Positions 1 through 11,606 of a stretch of 64,000 bases of DNA are shown here, piece by piece. The DNA is taken from NCBI RefSeq assembly GCF_009834535.1, contig NC_045696.1:4342001-4406000 (forward strand), given 5' to 3'. The position numbers and the translations under genes are program-made. This stretch comes from Camelus ferus (lineage: Eukaryota). Each line of letters begins with the position of its first letter. Position 1 is the stretch's first letter. The notes beneath the pieces were generated by a model, which did no database searches, was not told where the DNA came from, and saw only the letters and a list, made by a program, of their open reading frames with translations.

Positions 1-129
1 CCCAGGGCCCAGGTGCTGCGTGTCGTGCCAGCAGAGCTGGGGGCAGAGGGGCCAGAAGTACCAGCCTCCCTCATGGAGGCTGAGACCGGCGGCAGAGGGC
101 TGCCCTCAAGGTGATGACGAGGAGCGCTC

Positions 130-602
130 CTGTAAAACCAGACGCCTTCCTCTCCCTGAAGTTTCACCAGGGTCTCTCTAATAACTCACAGAGGCTTCCT
201 TCTGGAGGCTCCAGCCTCGCTGGTCTGCCTCTGCTCCTCAGACACGGTGCTCACCCTCATTTATTCCTTCCTTCCACAGGTCGTACTGCCCTTCTCCTAG
301 AAACACCTTCCCCACCTTGGACACTTGACCAGATCTAAACTTCAGCTCATGACGATGTTCTGAGGGATGTCCTTCTCGGTCACCTGTGCACTCCCCCCTG
401 GCCTCCTGTGAGGCCCGTGCTCCCGTGGCACCCTGTGCCTGGCCCCATCCCAGCTCTCCTCATGCTGCCTGGGGCTGGACCTTCTCCACCCCAGGACGGA
501 GGCTTTCGTAGGCGTTTCTATGTTTCCAGCTTCCGGCATGGGAATTCACACAGGGAAGGAAACTGGTGTTTGTTTCAGGGACGGATGGATGGATGAATGA
601 AT
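130..602 (+). mobile_element. Degenerate LINE-2 3' fragment
   Basis: Pyrimidine-rich L2-like body ending in the typical (TGGA/TGAA)n tail ggatggatggatgaatgaat at ~583-602. Confidence 0.55.
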
Positions 603-1917
603 AGCCCCAGAGCCCTAGCTGATACAAGTCTCTGGGTTGACGTGGGGAGTGAACGCTACAGCAGAGCTGCCCAGCGTCCGTGGTAGCCGGATGGTGGGGG
701 CGCAGCCCAAGGGTTCCGTTCAGTTGTGCACTAATATATTCTGTGATAACATACAACTGTTGCAATGTGCAGACTCTCTCCCACGTGCCTAATGAATAAT
801 AGCCATGAAATGCAGGTGTCCTTACGCGTCTGTCCTGACACCGGAGGGTAGGCGTGGATGAAGGAGAGGGGCCATAGAGGGCACTTTTGGAGATGCCTGC
901 ACAGAGCTCATCCGGGGAGAGAAGCCCTGTAAGGAGAGGGGCTCAGCGCACACCTGCAGGTGGGAAGACAGTACAGACACACGTCTGGAGCCGCTTGTTG
1001 TGAGTCATGTCATAAAGACGACTTCTGCGGGAGAAACAAGGAGTCTTCCGGTCACAGAGGGAGAACGTGTGACGAAAGCGTTGAGGGACCCTCCAGGTCA
1101 GGGGTGATGCTGCTGCGCAGTCCTGGGTCTCAGAGTCTGACCTCTGTTAATATTTGGATTTGGGGGGTATCCCAAGGGTCTTTCTCCTCTTGCTTGAAAG
1201 CTCTCAAGAGGACAGTTTGAACTCTGTTATTCTTGTTAGAATTCCACCACCATTTCCCGGGGGCACGGGGACCCTGGTTAGAGCACAAAGGTAGCCTCTG
1301 ACACTGGGGTTGGATTTCCCGCCCGAGGCAGCAGGACGTGTAGAGCTTGGAGAGACGGTGGAGGAGGGAACTCAGTGGGAGGCTGAGGCTAAACATGTCT
1401 ATCAGTCTGCGGGGCATTCCTGCTTTGAAGGAACAGGTTCCCTAATGAGTAGCTGTTGTATCGTGTTGTATTGTATCATATCATATATCACATATACGTA
1501 CTTGTGGGGCAGCCAGTCATGGCGCATTGCACCCTTTGGCCACAAGGGGGCACAATGCCCAAGTTGAGGCAATCAGCGGCTGCCACTTCCTGGATACGGG
1601 GTGACTGCAAGGGGGTGGGCTCTTTACTGACGCTGAGACACTGGAATCCTTCCTGGGAATTTTCTAGACTGAAGGTTGAGGGTAGAGGAGTGTTAAATAG
1701 CTTTTTCCTCCTTTTGCTTCATGAACTGGAAGAATGTCAGTCTGGGGCCGTAGTGACAGTTGTCCTGCTGCGGGAAGAACGTTCGGTTGTGGACAGAGCC
1801 CTGGGGAGACGAGCAGGGATGAGGAAGGGGCGCTCATGCTGCGCGGAGTCCTGACCCTCGCTCCGCGCGCACAGTAACAGGGGTCTCTCCCTTACTCTGC
1901 CCTCCTCGAGGGTCGCC

Positions 1918-2020
1918 GGGTCAGGATGCTCCAGAGAAACAGACCAATCGATTAATTGATTGATGACTGGAATTGGTTCTCATAATTATGGAAACTGAAA
2001 AGTCCCCAAATCTGTGGTGG
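1918..2020 (-). mobile_element. MLT2 (ERVL LTR) terminal fragment
   Basis: tcaggatgctccagagaaacagaccaat...ggaattggttctcataattatggaaactgaaaagtcccc is homologous to the in-window MLT2 at 43826-44377. Confidence 0.7.
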
Positions 2021-2504
2021 ATGAGAGTCGCTGTAAGACTGGGTGCTGTTTCATTGTGTATGCACACCACACTGTAAGGCCGGGCCGCATGGACTGAAGT
2101 AAGATTTGGTCGGGGTGAATCAGATTCAGGTCTGGGTTTCTAAACTGGAGACCAAGTTGGAAGTTAAATGAAACATCTGAGTGGGGACCAGGCCAATATA
2201 GTGAGAGCCAGGGTGAGGCTGTGGGTTCAAAGCACCCACACGAGTTAAAACCCAGGAAGAATGCGAGGAGGGAAGGACCAGGGTGAGGGTGGAGGACGGC
2301 CCACCCAGGGTCAGGAGCGCTGAGAGGATGAGCAAAACAAACTAGCCACCAGGTGGAAACCCAACAGCAACCAAGACCTAAACAAGTAATTCCCCGGGGT
2401 TCTGGGACATGTCTCTTTGGCAGGAACACAGGCCTGCGTGGCCAGCCCAGGCCCTGCAGGTGAAGATCGGGTACTTACCATTTCAAAGCTGTGAGTGACA
2501 ACAG

Positions 2505-2690
2505 CCACCATTCACCGAGCTCCTCCTGCTACAGGAAGTAAGAAATGCTTTACTCTCCTTATCACGGTTAATAATCTGGGAAGTTCAGGCACAGAGAGGC
2601 AAGTTAAGTAACGAGGCTGTGGTTCCGAGCTGGCTGGATCCAAGCCCAGGCGGCTGGCTGCTGAGCTGGGCCTGCTCTTAGCCACGGCGG
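2505..2690 (-). mobile_element. MIR SINE fragment
   Basis: aggcacagagagg..ttaagtaac and ggatccaagcccaggcggctggct resemble the reverse-complemented MIR core and head. Confidence 0.6.
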
Positions 2691-2817
2691 CGCCTGCCTG
2701 TCTTGCTGAGCCGCAACTGACGGGCCGCGCGGAAAGAGCCTAGTCCCCTGGGCTCGTTCAGGCGGCAAACCAAGGGCCACGATACTTTTATTTTTTAAGT
2801 AACATTAGACTAGACAC

Positions 2818-2880
2818 TTGGTTCCTAAGCCTGGCTGTACCTCAGGATCACTTGGGTGCTCATGGGCTTCACCCCCAAAT
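2818..2880. mobile_element. MER5-type hAT MITE fragment
   Basis: ggttcctaagcctggctgtacctcaggatcacttggg resembles the MER5 end ggttctcaaccctggctgcacattagaatcacctggg. Confidence 0.5.
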
Positions 2881-3029
2881 AATTTTGAGCCCCATGATTT
2901 TGTAACCTGTTCTAAACGATATATGGGAAATATTTTAATAACACATTGTCAATAAAAAACAAAATCTGTTCTCGTATTGACGGGGTGTCGTTGTTTTATG
3001 CTGGGTCCCTGGTTCCCTGGAGGTACACA

Positions 3030-4046
3030 CGCAGCAGGGAAGAACAAGCCTGACTCCATATGAGGTCTGTTCCCTTGGCTCCAACCCTGGGCTCGGTCTC
3101 CTGTGCTGAGTCCTGCTGGTGCTGCACCTTTTATAACAGAACGTGGCCTAGAGCCTGAAATCTGCAGGAGAGCCCGTTCTCAAGGCTCCGCCCTTAAGGG
3201 TATGTTGACTGAAATAAACGCACAACCTTAAAATTGAGGGTTATGTTTTATTTGGCGGGAGGACTCGAGCCGGGATGACAGCCCCTCAGATGGCTCTGGG
3301 GGGCTGCTCCCAAGAGGTAGGGGAGGAGCTGGGATATACAGGAGCTTTACAACAAAGACCAGGTAGTTGGAACAATAAAAGATTGCTTGTTATCTAAAGA
3401 AAACCAGGCATCTCAAATTAAAGAATTTAGCGCTGTTCTATGTATGGGAGGAAGCAAACATTTGGGCTCACTGAATTCATTCCTTTGACAAGCACCTGGC
3501 TATCTAGGGCCAGTGTCCTGTCCTTTCTTATCCTGAGTCCACTCAGAGGGCACCATTGTGAGTGGCTGCAGAGGCCGGGCTGCAGGCCTGTCCCCACTGG
3601 GGGGTGGCGGCAGCCGCTGATGACTTGGTTTCAGCATTCTTTGTTTACTGATATGGTTGCAGTATTTTCATTCACATCGCATATTTTCGTTCACAAGTAG
3701 AACACTTTTCCATTCATATAGAGATTAAAAAGTTGCAGAACAGAGAATAGCATGCGTCTTCTTAGGGGTTTACGGGGACATCGAGACCTGACCTACATGG
3801 ACAGCTGCAAGAACCAAGGATTCTGACACCAAGAAGTTTGCAACAACCAACCACACCCCCTCCCCCTTTTAGTATAAAAGGAACCTGAATTCTGACTTGG
3901 GGAAGATGGTTCTCTAGGACATTGGTCCCCCATCTTCTCTCTCTGCCGGCTTTCCAAATAAAGTCGCTATTCCTTGCCCCAACTCTTTATCTCCCAATTT
4001 ATTGGTCTGTCATGCGGCAAGCAGAATGAGTTTGGACTCGGTAACA
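3030..4046 (+). mobile_element. ERV1-class solo LTR (outer), interrupted by a second LTR at 3203-3695
   Basis: TATAAAA at 3873-3879, AATAAA at 3957-3962, terminal ...ggactcggtaaCA at 4046. Flanks caca/aaca may be a 4-bp TSD with one mismatch. The 5' TG reads CG, so the start is inferred. Confidence 0.75.
3203..3695 (-). mobile_element. ERV1-class solo LTR (inner, ~490 bp)
   Basis: TG...CA termini (tgttgac...ttcaca); minus-strand AATAAA (tttatt at ~3247-3252) near its 3' end; flanks ggta/agta. Confidence 0.75.
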
Positions 4047-6030
4047 AACACAAGAAGATCCTGAGTCAGGAGCAGCCCATGTTGAGCATCTAGGCTGTGT
4101 CTGCTGGAAGGACCTTTCAGTTAATGGGATTTCACTCCAGATCAATCAGAATCAGACCCTTGACAGTATGAACATAACTTGAAGCAGTTTCATGATAACA
4201 TGAAGCTTTAAAATCAGGCGGAATACAACTAGATAGACCTGTCTACCTCGGTTGTCACTCACAGTTTTGGGGAGGTATCCCCTCTGCCGAGTATCCAGAT
4301 TTAAAGTCATCTCCTGGAGACAATCATGAAAATCAACGAAGCAAGGGTAAGAAAGGCTCTTTTTATTGACTGCATCTTCTCTTTAAAGGAAGGAGAGAGA
4401 AAATTTGGTTTTTGCTTTTTTAACTTTTATGGAAGAAATGACTTACGTACTGGAGCATCAAGAAAAAAAATGACTTCGGAGATACTTCATCCCCCAAGAT
4501 AAAAGTCAGTGGGAATTCTCTGAGCGCAAAAGAGCAGAGAGAGTTTGTTGGGTAGATCCCAACAGGTGTCTTTACTGACTTCATGTGGTCCAGGTGCGGT
4601 GGTTCTCTTGGGAAGAAAACGGTTATTAAAGTTCTGGTTTACCTCCGTTTTCTCGCTGACCCAATCTATCAGTGCTTCCATCTTGTTTCATTTAAATGCA
4701 GCTCTGCCCTTCTGGCCAGAGCGCGCGTTCACTAAGCTAGTGGCCAAGTTGGTAATTCCTGGCTTAGCCCGTGAACATCTGGTGGCCTTTCAATCTGATG
4801 GCATGTAATTACAGCAGGGGCAGCAGGACAACTGGGGATGAAAAGGACGTGTCTAATCTTCCACCATATGTTTCCTCTTAACCTCTCGCCCTCACGCCCG
4901 CGCACATAGGGAGAACCTCCCAGCTGCTGCTGAAGCCCGCCCTGCGGAGGCTGCCCCCTTCCTAGCGTCTCGGCGCTTTCCTGGCGAACCCCGCAGAAAC
5001 AGATCCTCTCTTGACTTTCATGTTCAAGTGATTCTTATTCACCCTTCTCAATATCCCTTGCATTTCATGCCTGATTCAGAAGTTCCTTGCTTGAATCAGT
5101 ATGATCATGGTCCAGAAACTGAAGAGTCTTACAATCGATAAGCTTCACTGCGAAAATTACCTGCTCTTTCTTCCTTACAGTGGCGGATACATCCTGCGTA
5201 GCCAGACCTGGTTCCCACCCTTTGCGGAAGTCTTCACAGACATCGAGCAGGTGGATGCGCGTTAGGAGGCTCTCAGAGTCAGACACAAGCCGTAGTTTCT
5301 CAGGCTGAGGGTGTTGGAGGTACGTTGTCGGAGGCGCGACGCTCCTGCCAGGATGAAAGCTGGGGATGCCCACAGACTGTTAGGCACAAGATGTCCTGCT
5401 AGGCATCAAGATTTCACAGGCATCTGAATCATCTTCACATAATCATTCTTGGCACATGGTGGGTGCTTAAAGATGGTGATTATTGTAGAGGTATGAAGAG
5501 AATGAAATGGCCAAAATGTAAGCCACTGGTTAAGGGGGGTGGGGGAAGAAGTTAAGGGAATGTTAGTCAGCAAAGCATACTCAGCTCCATGTCATCTGAC
5601 TTTTCCCCCCATATCATCGTGTGTCCTTGGCACTGGGTCATCCATTAACCAAAGCTTGTCATATTGTCCCTCAAATAATAAGGAGCAATGACAACTCTTG
5701 CTTATTGCCTGCAGTTCTGGGCTTTGTACAGAACAGAGATGTTGAGAAAACTGAGTAGTGAAGGAAGCATCCACTCAGCTGTCCAGAAGACCAGACCATC
5801 ACCAGACTCTCCTCGGGGTTCCTGGGGTCGTGGAGTGAGCGCAGGGACACTGGCCTGAGCAACAGAAGTCACCAGGGTGAGCAGGGGACCCGAGAGCCGG
5901 CAGGCAGCCCTGCCTCCAGGCTTGTCTGACAGTCTCTCACCAGGATGTGGTTTCTCTTCCAGCTTGTCAGACTCTGCCTGCTGCTCCCAAACATGCTCCC
6001 ACCTGCACTCTTGGAAATTTCTGCCCTGAC

Positions 6031-6492
6031 CCTGGTGGGCTGAGTAGTGGCCCCGTGAGATGTCTGCCTCCTGAGCTCTGGTACCTCTGACCGTTCCCTT
6101 ACGTGGCACACTTCACAGAGACGATTAGGTTAAGGGCCCTGAGGTGGGGAGAGTACCCTGGGTTATCTGCTAGGTGTCCTTGTAAGAGAGTGGCAGCGGG
6201 AGGCTCGACACAGGGAGAGGAGGAGAAGGCCATGCAACCAGGGAGGCTGAAGTTAGAGTGACGTGGCCACAAGCCAAGGAAGGCGGGCAGCCCCCAGCAG
6301 CTGGAAGAGGGGAAAGACAGATCGTCCCCCAGACACTCCAGAGGGAGCGCTGCCCTGCCAGCAGCAGAACTTCAGCCCAGTGATGCCGGGGCCACACTTC
6401 TGGCCCCCAGAACTACTAGAACATCAGTTTGTGTGGTTGAAAGCCACCAAGGTTTTGGTGATCTGCTACAACAGGCACAGGAAACTAATAGT
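6031..6492 (+). mobile_element. MaLR LTR (MLT1B/C/D-like)
   Basis: Starts tggtgggctgagtagtggcccc, contains gtggccacaagccaaggaa, ends acaggaaactaatag. Confidence 0.85.
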
Positions 6493-6559
6493 CTAACAGG
6501 AAGCTGAGGGGTTTAGGCAGGTTTTTTTTTTCTTTCTATTTTTGTATTAAATATTTTGC

Positions 6560-6760
6560 TACTTATTTATTTGATAAAACATGAACTGAGAATCTACCAT
6601 ATGCAAAGTATGGGCTAGATGCTGGGAAGTGGAGATGCATAAAATAAACAATATGCTGAATCATATTAAATTGCTAATATTCAGCCTTTTTGACCTACAA
6701 AGTGGAAGTTTTATAAGGTTCAATGTAAAACTTCCTCACTGAGCTTATTTGGCAGATTTT
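6560..6760 (-). mobile_element. LINE-2 3' end interrupted by MADE2
   Basis: ttatttatttgataaaacatgaactgagaatctaccatatgcaaag...gctagatgctggg resembles a reversed L2 tail. Confidence 0.5.
6651..6728. mobile_element. MADE2 mariner-derived MITE (~80 bp)
   Basis: tgaatcatattaaattgctaatattcagcctttttgacctacaaa...ttataaggttcaa with imperfect terminal inverted repeats, matching the remembered MADE2 pattern. Confidence 0.7.
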
Positions 6761-6799
6761 ACATAAATAGATACATGTAAAAATATATATTTATGTATA

Positions 6800-7183
6800 T
6801 TTAATTAAAGTATAGTTGATTTAAAATATTGTATTCGTTTCAGATAAAGTGATTCAGCGATACATATATAATTTTTTTTTTCTGATTATTTTCCGTTATA
6901 GGTTATTCCAAGGTGGTAGTGAAATACACTTCCCTGTGCCATAAAGTGAATGTTTGCTGTTTATCTGTTTTATATATAATAGGTTTGTATCTGTTAATCC
7001 CATACTCCTGGCTTATTCCCCGCCCCCACACACCTGCTTTCCCCTTAGGTAACCATAAGTTTGTTTTCTATGTCTGTGAGTCTGTTTCTGTTTTGTAAAT
7101 ATATTCATTTGTATTATTTTTTAGATTCCATGTATATGAGATATCATATAATATATAATATTTGTCTTTCTCTGACTGCCTGA
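6800..7183 (-). mobile_element. L1 3' UTR, 5'-truncated
   Basis: aagtatagttgattt...ggtaaccataagtttgttttctatgtctgtgagtctgtttctgttttgtaaat is the reverse complement of the L1 3' UTR seen at 12131-12420. Confidence 0.9.
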
Positions 7184-7554
7184 CGTCAGTCCCCTGCCCT
7201 GCCCCCTCCCCCGGCCCTATAACTCTAGTTCTGTGGACAAAGGGGAGGATGGATTATACTTCGGTGGGCAAGATGCAGTTTGTGACACAGACAAAATAAA
7301 GAGGTCTATAACTGAAGTGCAAGGCACGATGAGAGGCCAGGACTTGTCATAGTTTGGGCTCCAAATTGTGGATTAGGCTTTACGTAGGAAGCGCCAGTCA
7401 CTTAAAGGAAGGCAGGGCTTCAGCTGCACGTGTAGATTTGGTTGCCAGCAATCCTGAGGGGCACATTCCTGGGACTCATTTTGCCTTATTTTTATCATAG
7501 TGGTTTTTGAGCAATAGACCACTAACCAAAAGGCTAATGTTCTGGTTTGTGATT

Positions 7555-7640
7555 CTTTTTTTTAATTAATTAATTTTTAATTGAAGTGGAGTTGATTCAC
7601 AATGATGTGCTAGTTTCTGGTGTATAGATCTGTGGTTCTG
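7555..7640 (-). mobile_element. Very short L1 3' end
   Basis: T-rich tail followed by ttgaagtggagttgattcacaatgatgtgctagtttctggtgtatag. Confidence 0.75.
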
Positions 7641-8539
7641 TGAGATGTGAAGTTCACCACTTTGAAGGTGATGCCTAAAGGCCAGGGCACCACAGCAGTG
7701 CAGCCTTTCTGAGCCACACACGTCCCGAGGGGTCATGGCACCACAGTGACTTTGCAGTTCTGGTGTCATGTGCCAACCTCCATAATTTCAGAATCCAATT
7801 TTAGAGCTTCATCGATCTTTCCAGAGACGCTAACTGGGGTGCGCAAAGAGAAGGTCGTGATTAGGATGGGGAGCAAATAAAGACATGACTGTGATCTACG
7901 TGACTTGGATGATAATAAATAAGGGAAAACTCCCACAGCTATATGGCCTATAAGGGGCATTTTCTTATACAGTGTAACTGTCAAAAAGGATCTGGTAGTT
8001 CATTAACATTTTAAAACAATGCACGGTAGCATAAAGATAACTGCTTTAGGAGGTAATGTGAGAGCCCTCTCTAGGGGAGGCCCCACGTTTGTCGGTGCAA
8101 GTTTGTGAATGTCCCTCAGGCTGAAAGCTGAGTGTCCAGCACCCAGACTCACCCCGAGTCCAGGACTGAGAATTAGCCTGAGCTGCTGCGCCTGAGGCGG
8201 AGGACGGGCATGCTCGCTGGGACTCCTGCTTCCCATGTTTCTCTGGAAGTTCTGCTTCTCTGGAGAAAGCGTGAGAGGATTATGGAGGAAGACTGGCTTA
8301 GCAGACACTTCTGTGCTGTATTCAGCCTCAGAGGCACGGGCTCCATGAACGAGGACTTCTGGCATGCCGTTGTGCTCCTGTGGAGTGAAGACAGGGACAT
8401 TTCTAGGTTATTTCCTAAGAATCGTATGCTAATTTCTCTTCAACTTCATCACTTCTGAACCCGAGTCTCATGATTTCAACCTCACCTGGTGCCAGGTAAG
8501 CATATTTGCCTTATTTATTTTCGGTGGAGAGGCTCAAAC

Positions 8540-8935
8540 TATGTCTGATGGATTCCCACTCTAGCCCGGCTAGGCTGAAGCAAACCAACCCCAAACCCCA
8601 GCGGCTTAACTCAGGCTTATTTCCTGCTCACGGGAGGCTGCTGGCGTCAGGTGGCTTTCTTGAGTGTTCTCCCCCAAATGCCAATTGAAGAGCCCAGGTT
8701 TCTTTCATCAGTGGCTCTGCCTTTGTATGTGGCATCATGGTTGGGACAGATGGGCATGGAAGGTCCCATGGGATGCTTTAGGGGCCAGATGGAAGTGACA
8801 TTGCACCTACATTCATTGATCGGAGACTAGTCACATGGTCCCAAGCAAACTGAAAAGGAGGTTGGAAAGTGGAGATTGTCCACGTGCCCAGGAAGGCACA
8901 CAGGGACTTGGTATGTAGCTAGCTAGTCTCTGACA
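8540..8935 (-). mobile_element. Old MaLR LTR (MLT1J/K-like)
   Basis: caaccccaaaccccagcggcttaac..ttatttcctgctcac and cattgatcggagactagtcacatggtccc motifs. Confidence 0.6.
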
Positions 8936-9229
8936 CTCATAATTAAGGAAGCTTTTATGTCGTTGATGTCTGCCAGTCATGCATGTGATTTCCACAGGGT
9001 AACATAGGTGGTGTTCTTTGGCTCCCCCGTGGCAGAGGTGGGGTCGCTGTATGTATGTGAGCTCATGGCAGGGTCTCCCCGTGGCTGAGTGTGAGGTTCA
9101 TCTTTATTTGCTACCCCCTCCCCTTATGCCAGCTCCCCCTTCCTCCCCCCTCTCTCACAGCCGCTCCAAAGTGTGCACTGCATGTTCTTGAATGGTCATG
9201 CATCTTGCAGAACAAGCAATGCAGGACAG

Positions 9230-10250
9230 GAAGGTTTGTCTCCACATCTCTTCCAGCTCTTGATAATACTCACCATGCTTGTAAAGTGACCTCTCATTGT
9301 GGTTTAATCTGTGTTATTTTAATACCATTTACACACATCTTTCTATAATTGCTTATTCATGGTTTTTTTCTATAGAGCTCCAATTCTCTATAGGACTTTC
9401 TTTTTCGTTGATTTACAAGAGTCCTTGTACGTTCTAGATGGTAATATGCTGCTGATTTTGATGTGGCAAACACCTTCTCCTAGTCTGTCATCTCTCTGTA
9501 GCTTCTTGGTGTTCGTTACTGAACAAAAGGCTCTAATTTTGATGTAGTCAGATTGATCCACTCACAAAGTACGTCATGGTATATTCTTTTTTGTTTCTTG
9601 TTTAAAAAGTCTTGTGCTGATTTTGAGTTGTAACGATGTATTCCTACATCTTTGCAATTCTTTTCAATTTTCAGGCTTTTAAACTGTCTGGAGTTTACAG
9701 CTTGGGATGGTATCAGCTTTATTTTCTCCCCAGTAATTCAGTTTCTTGCATGTCATCTACTAAACAGTTCCCTCTTCCCCCCTTGCCTCGCGGTGCTGGC
9801 GTGGGACCACCGCCAAGCTCCTGCACGTGGTTCCTTGGTCTCTTTGTCTAAATCTGTCCGAGAACCGTATTGCTTTTATCTCTATCGTTAGTTCGAGTCA
9901 AATCCAGCCTGATCCTCACCTTTGTTTTTCATTTTCAAAATCAATTTAGCTATTCATGGATCTTTATTCCTTCATATAAATTTTAGAATTAGCATATGGA
10001 AATTATTTTTTAAATCCAGCTGGAATGTTGATTAGGATTGCATTGAAAATACAGATTAATTCAGGAAGAATTGGCATATCTTCTACATTAAGTTGGTTAA
10101 TTGGTGTACTTGCTATATTAGGTACACTCTTGTATAAATTTCTACCAGGAATATGTACAGATCTCCATTTATTCAGGTCATTAATATCTATTAATAATTT
10201 AAAATTTTCAGGTAGTGTGTATTCACCCAAACTATTTTTTTTTAAGCATG
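9230..10250 (-). mobile_element. Old L1M ORF2 fragment
   Basis: Minus-strand ORF 10003-10230 (DLNKWR...MPILPELICIFNAILINIPAGF) is a decayed L1 ORF2 segment; ctcattgtggtttaat motif. Confidence 0.85.
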
Positions 10251-10942
10251 GGTATCAGTTGTAACAAAATTTACTTGGGGGCGCTCTCTTGCGGGGAGCT
10301 CCCGTCTCATCTCACCACAGACGTGTGCAGAAACGTGCCTCTCTCAGCCGGAGTCGGCACACTCTGCTGCCACCTGCAACCTCCCTCTTGGATGGAGCGC
10401 TGCAGAAAGTTTAAAAAGCTTCCTCCAATCAATTAAAATGAATTAACTGCACCCTGGGGATATGATTTAAGACATGAACTCTGCCTGAGTAGAAAAATTT
10501 CAGCGTGTTTCTAGCCCAACAAGCCTTCAACAGCATGCACACGGCAGGGAGCTGCTGAAACCTTTGTTTTGCTCAAGACATGGGGAAGCTGGTAATGAGG
10601 GCTCAGGGCTCCTCCAGCTTCCCCCCCACCCCCAGCGTACCTCTGCAGGAGGAAAAGGAGAATTTATACCACTGGTCGGTCTAAGAATGCAGCCCAAGAT
10701 GGTCTGAGGCCGAGTCAGATTTTGTTTTGAAGTCCTGGGTCTTCAATTTTCCTTGAAATTTTAATTCTTCTCAAACTCTGTTGATTTACATTTTTTTCTA
10801 GGCAGAGCACAGCGTGAAGCACAGCGGGCTCTCCGAGTCATGCCGCATCTAACCTGTGCTGTGGCGGCCCCCCAGCCGCACGGCCCGGGGCCCAGTCTGA
10901 CGAGGACAGCACTTTACTTTTTCATGACGGTTTACTGGGGGC

Positions 10943-11323
10943 TGTTACCGGCTGAGTTGTGCCCCTTGGAAGTTCATATGTTGAAGCTCAGACTCCTGGT
11001 ACCTCGGACTGTGACCATATTTGGAGCTGGAGCCTTTAAAGAAGAAGTTAAATTAAAATGAGGCTGTTAGAAGAGGGCCTGACCCGCCTGGCGGCGGTCC
11101 TTCTAAGAAGAGGTTAGGACACACGCGCACACAGAGGGAGCGCGCGTGAGGGCACAGGGCGAAGACGGCCGTCTGCAAGCCCAGCGCGCGGGCTCGGACA
11201 AAGGAAGCCCTGCCACTTTGATACTGGACTTCTAGTCGCCAGGGCTGTGAGAAAATTTATCTCTCTTGTTTGAGCCCCTCAACCTGTGGGGTTTTGTAAT
11301 GGCAGCCTGAGCTGCCTAAAGCA
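10943..11323 (+). mobile_element. MaLR LTR (MLT1A-like)
   Basis: tgttaccggctgagttgtgcccc...ttcatatgttgaagc...gtgaccatatttggag...gtaatggcagcctgagctgcctaaagca. Confidence 0.85.
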
Positions 11324-11606
11324 GGGGTGAGCTTGCAGCTTAGATTTTTAAGAAGATAGCTCTGCCATCTAGTTGTTCTTCATCCTTCTTTGGCCCTTCT
11401 ACAAACCATTGGGTTCTTGATGGGCAAGGAAGACCAAAAAGAGGTGAGCATGGGCCAGATGAGATAGAAGGGAGAATGGGGAATACTGGATGGTTCAGGG
11501 TGCACTGGAGTCAGGAACTCTGTCTGGAAGTGAAGTGGTGACTTTCTAGAGAATTCTGAGGAAGGAGGGTATGCTGGTCACACCATGATGGATTAGGATG
11601 TAGGCA

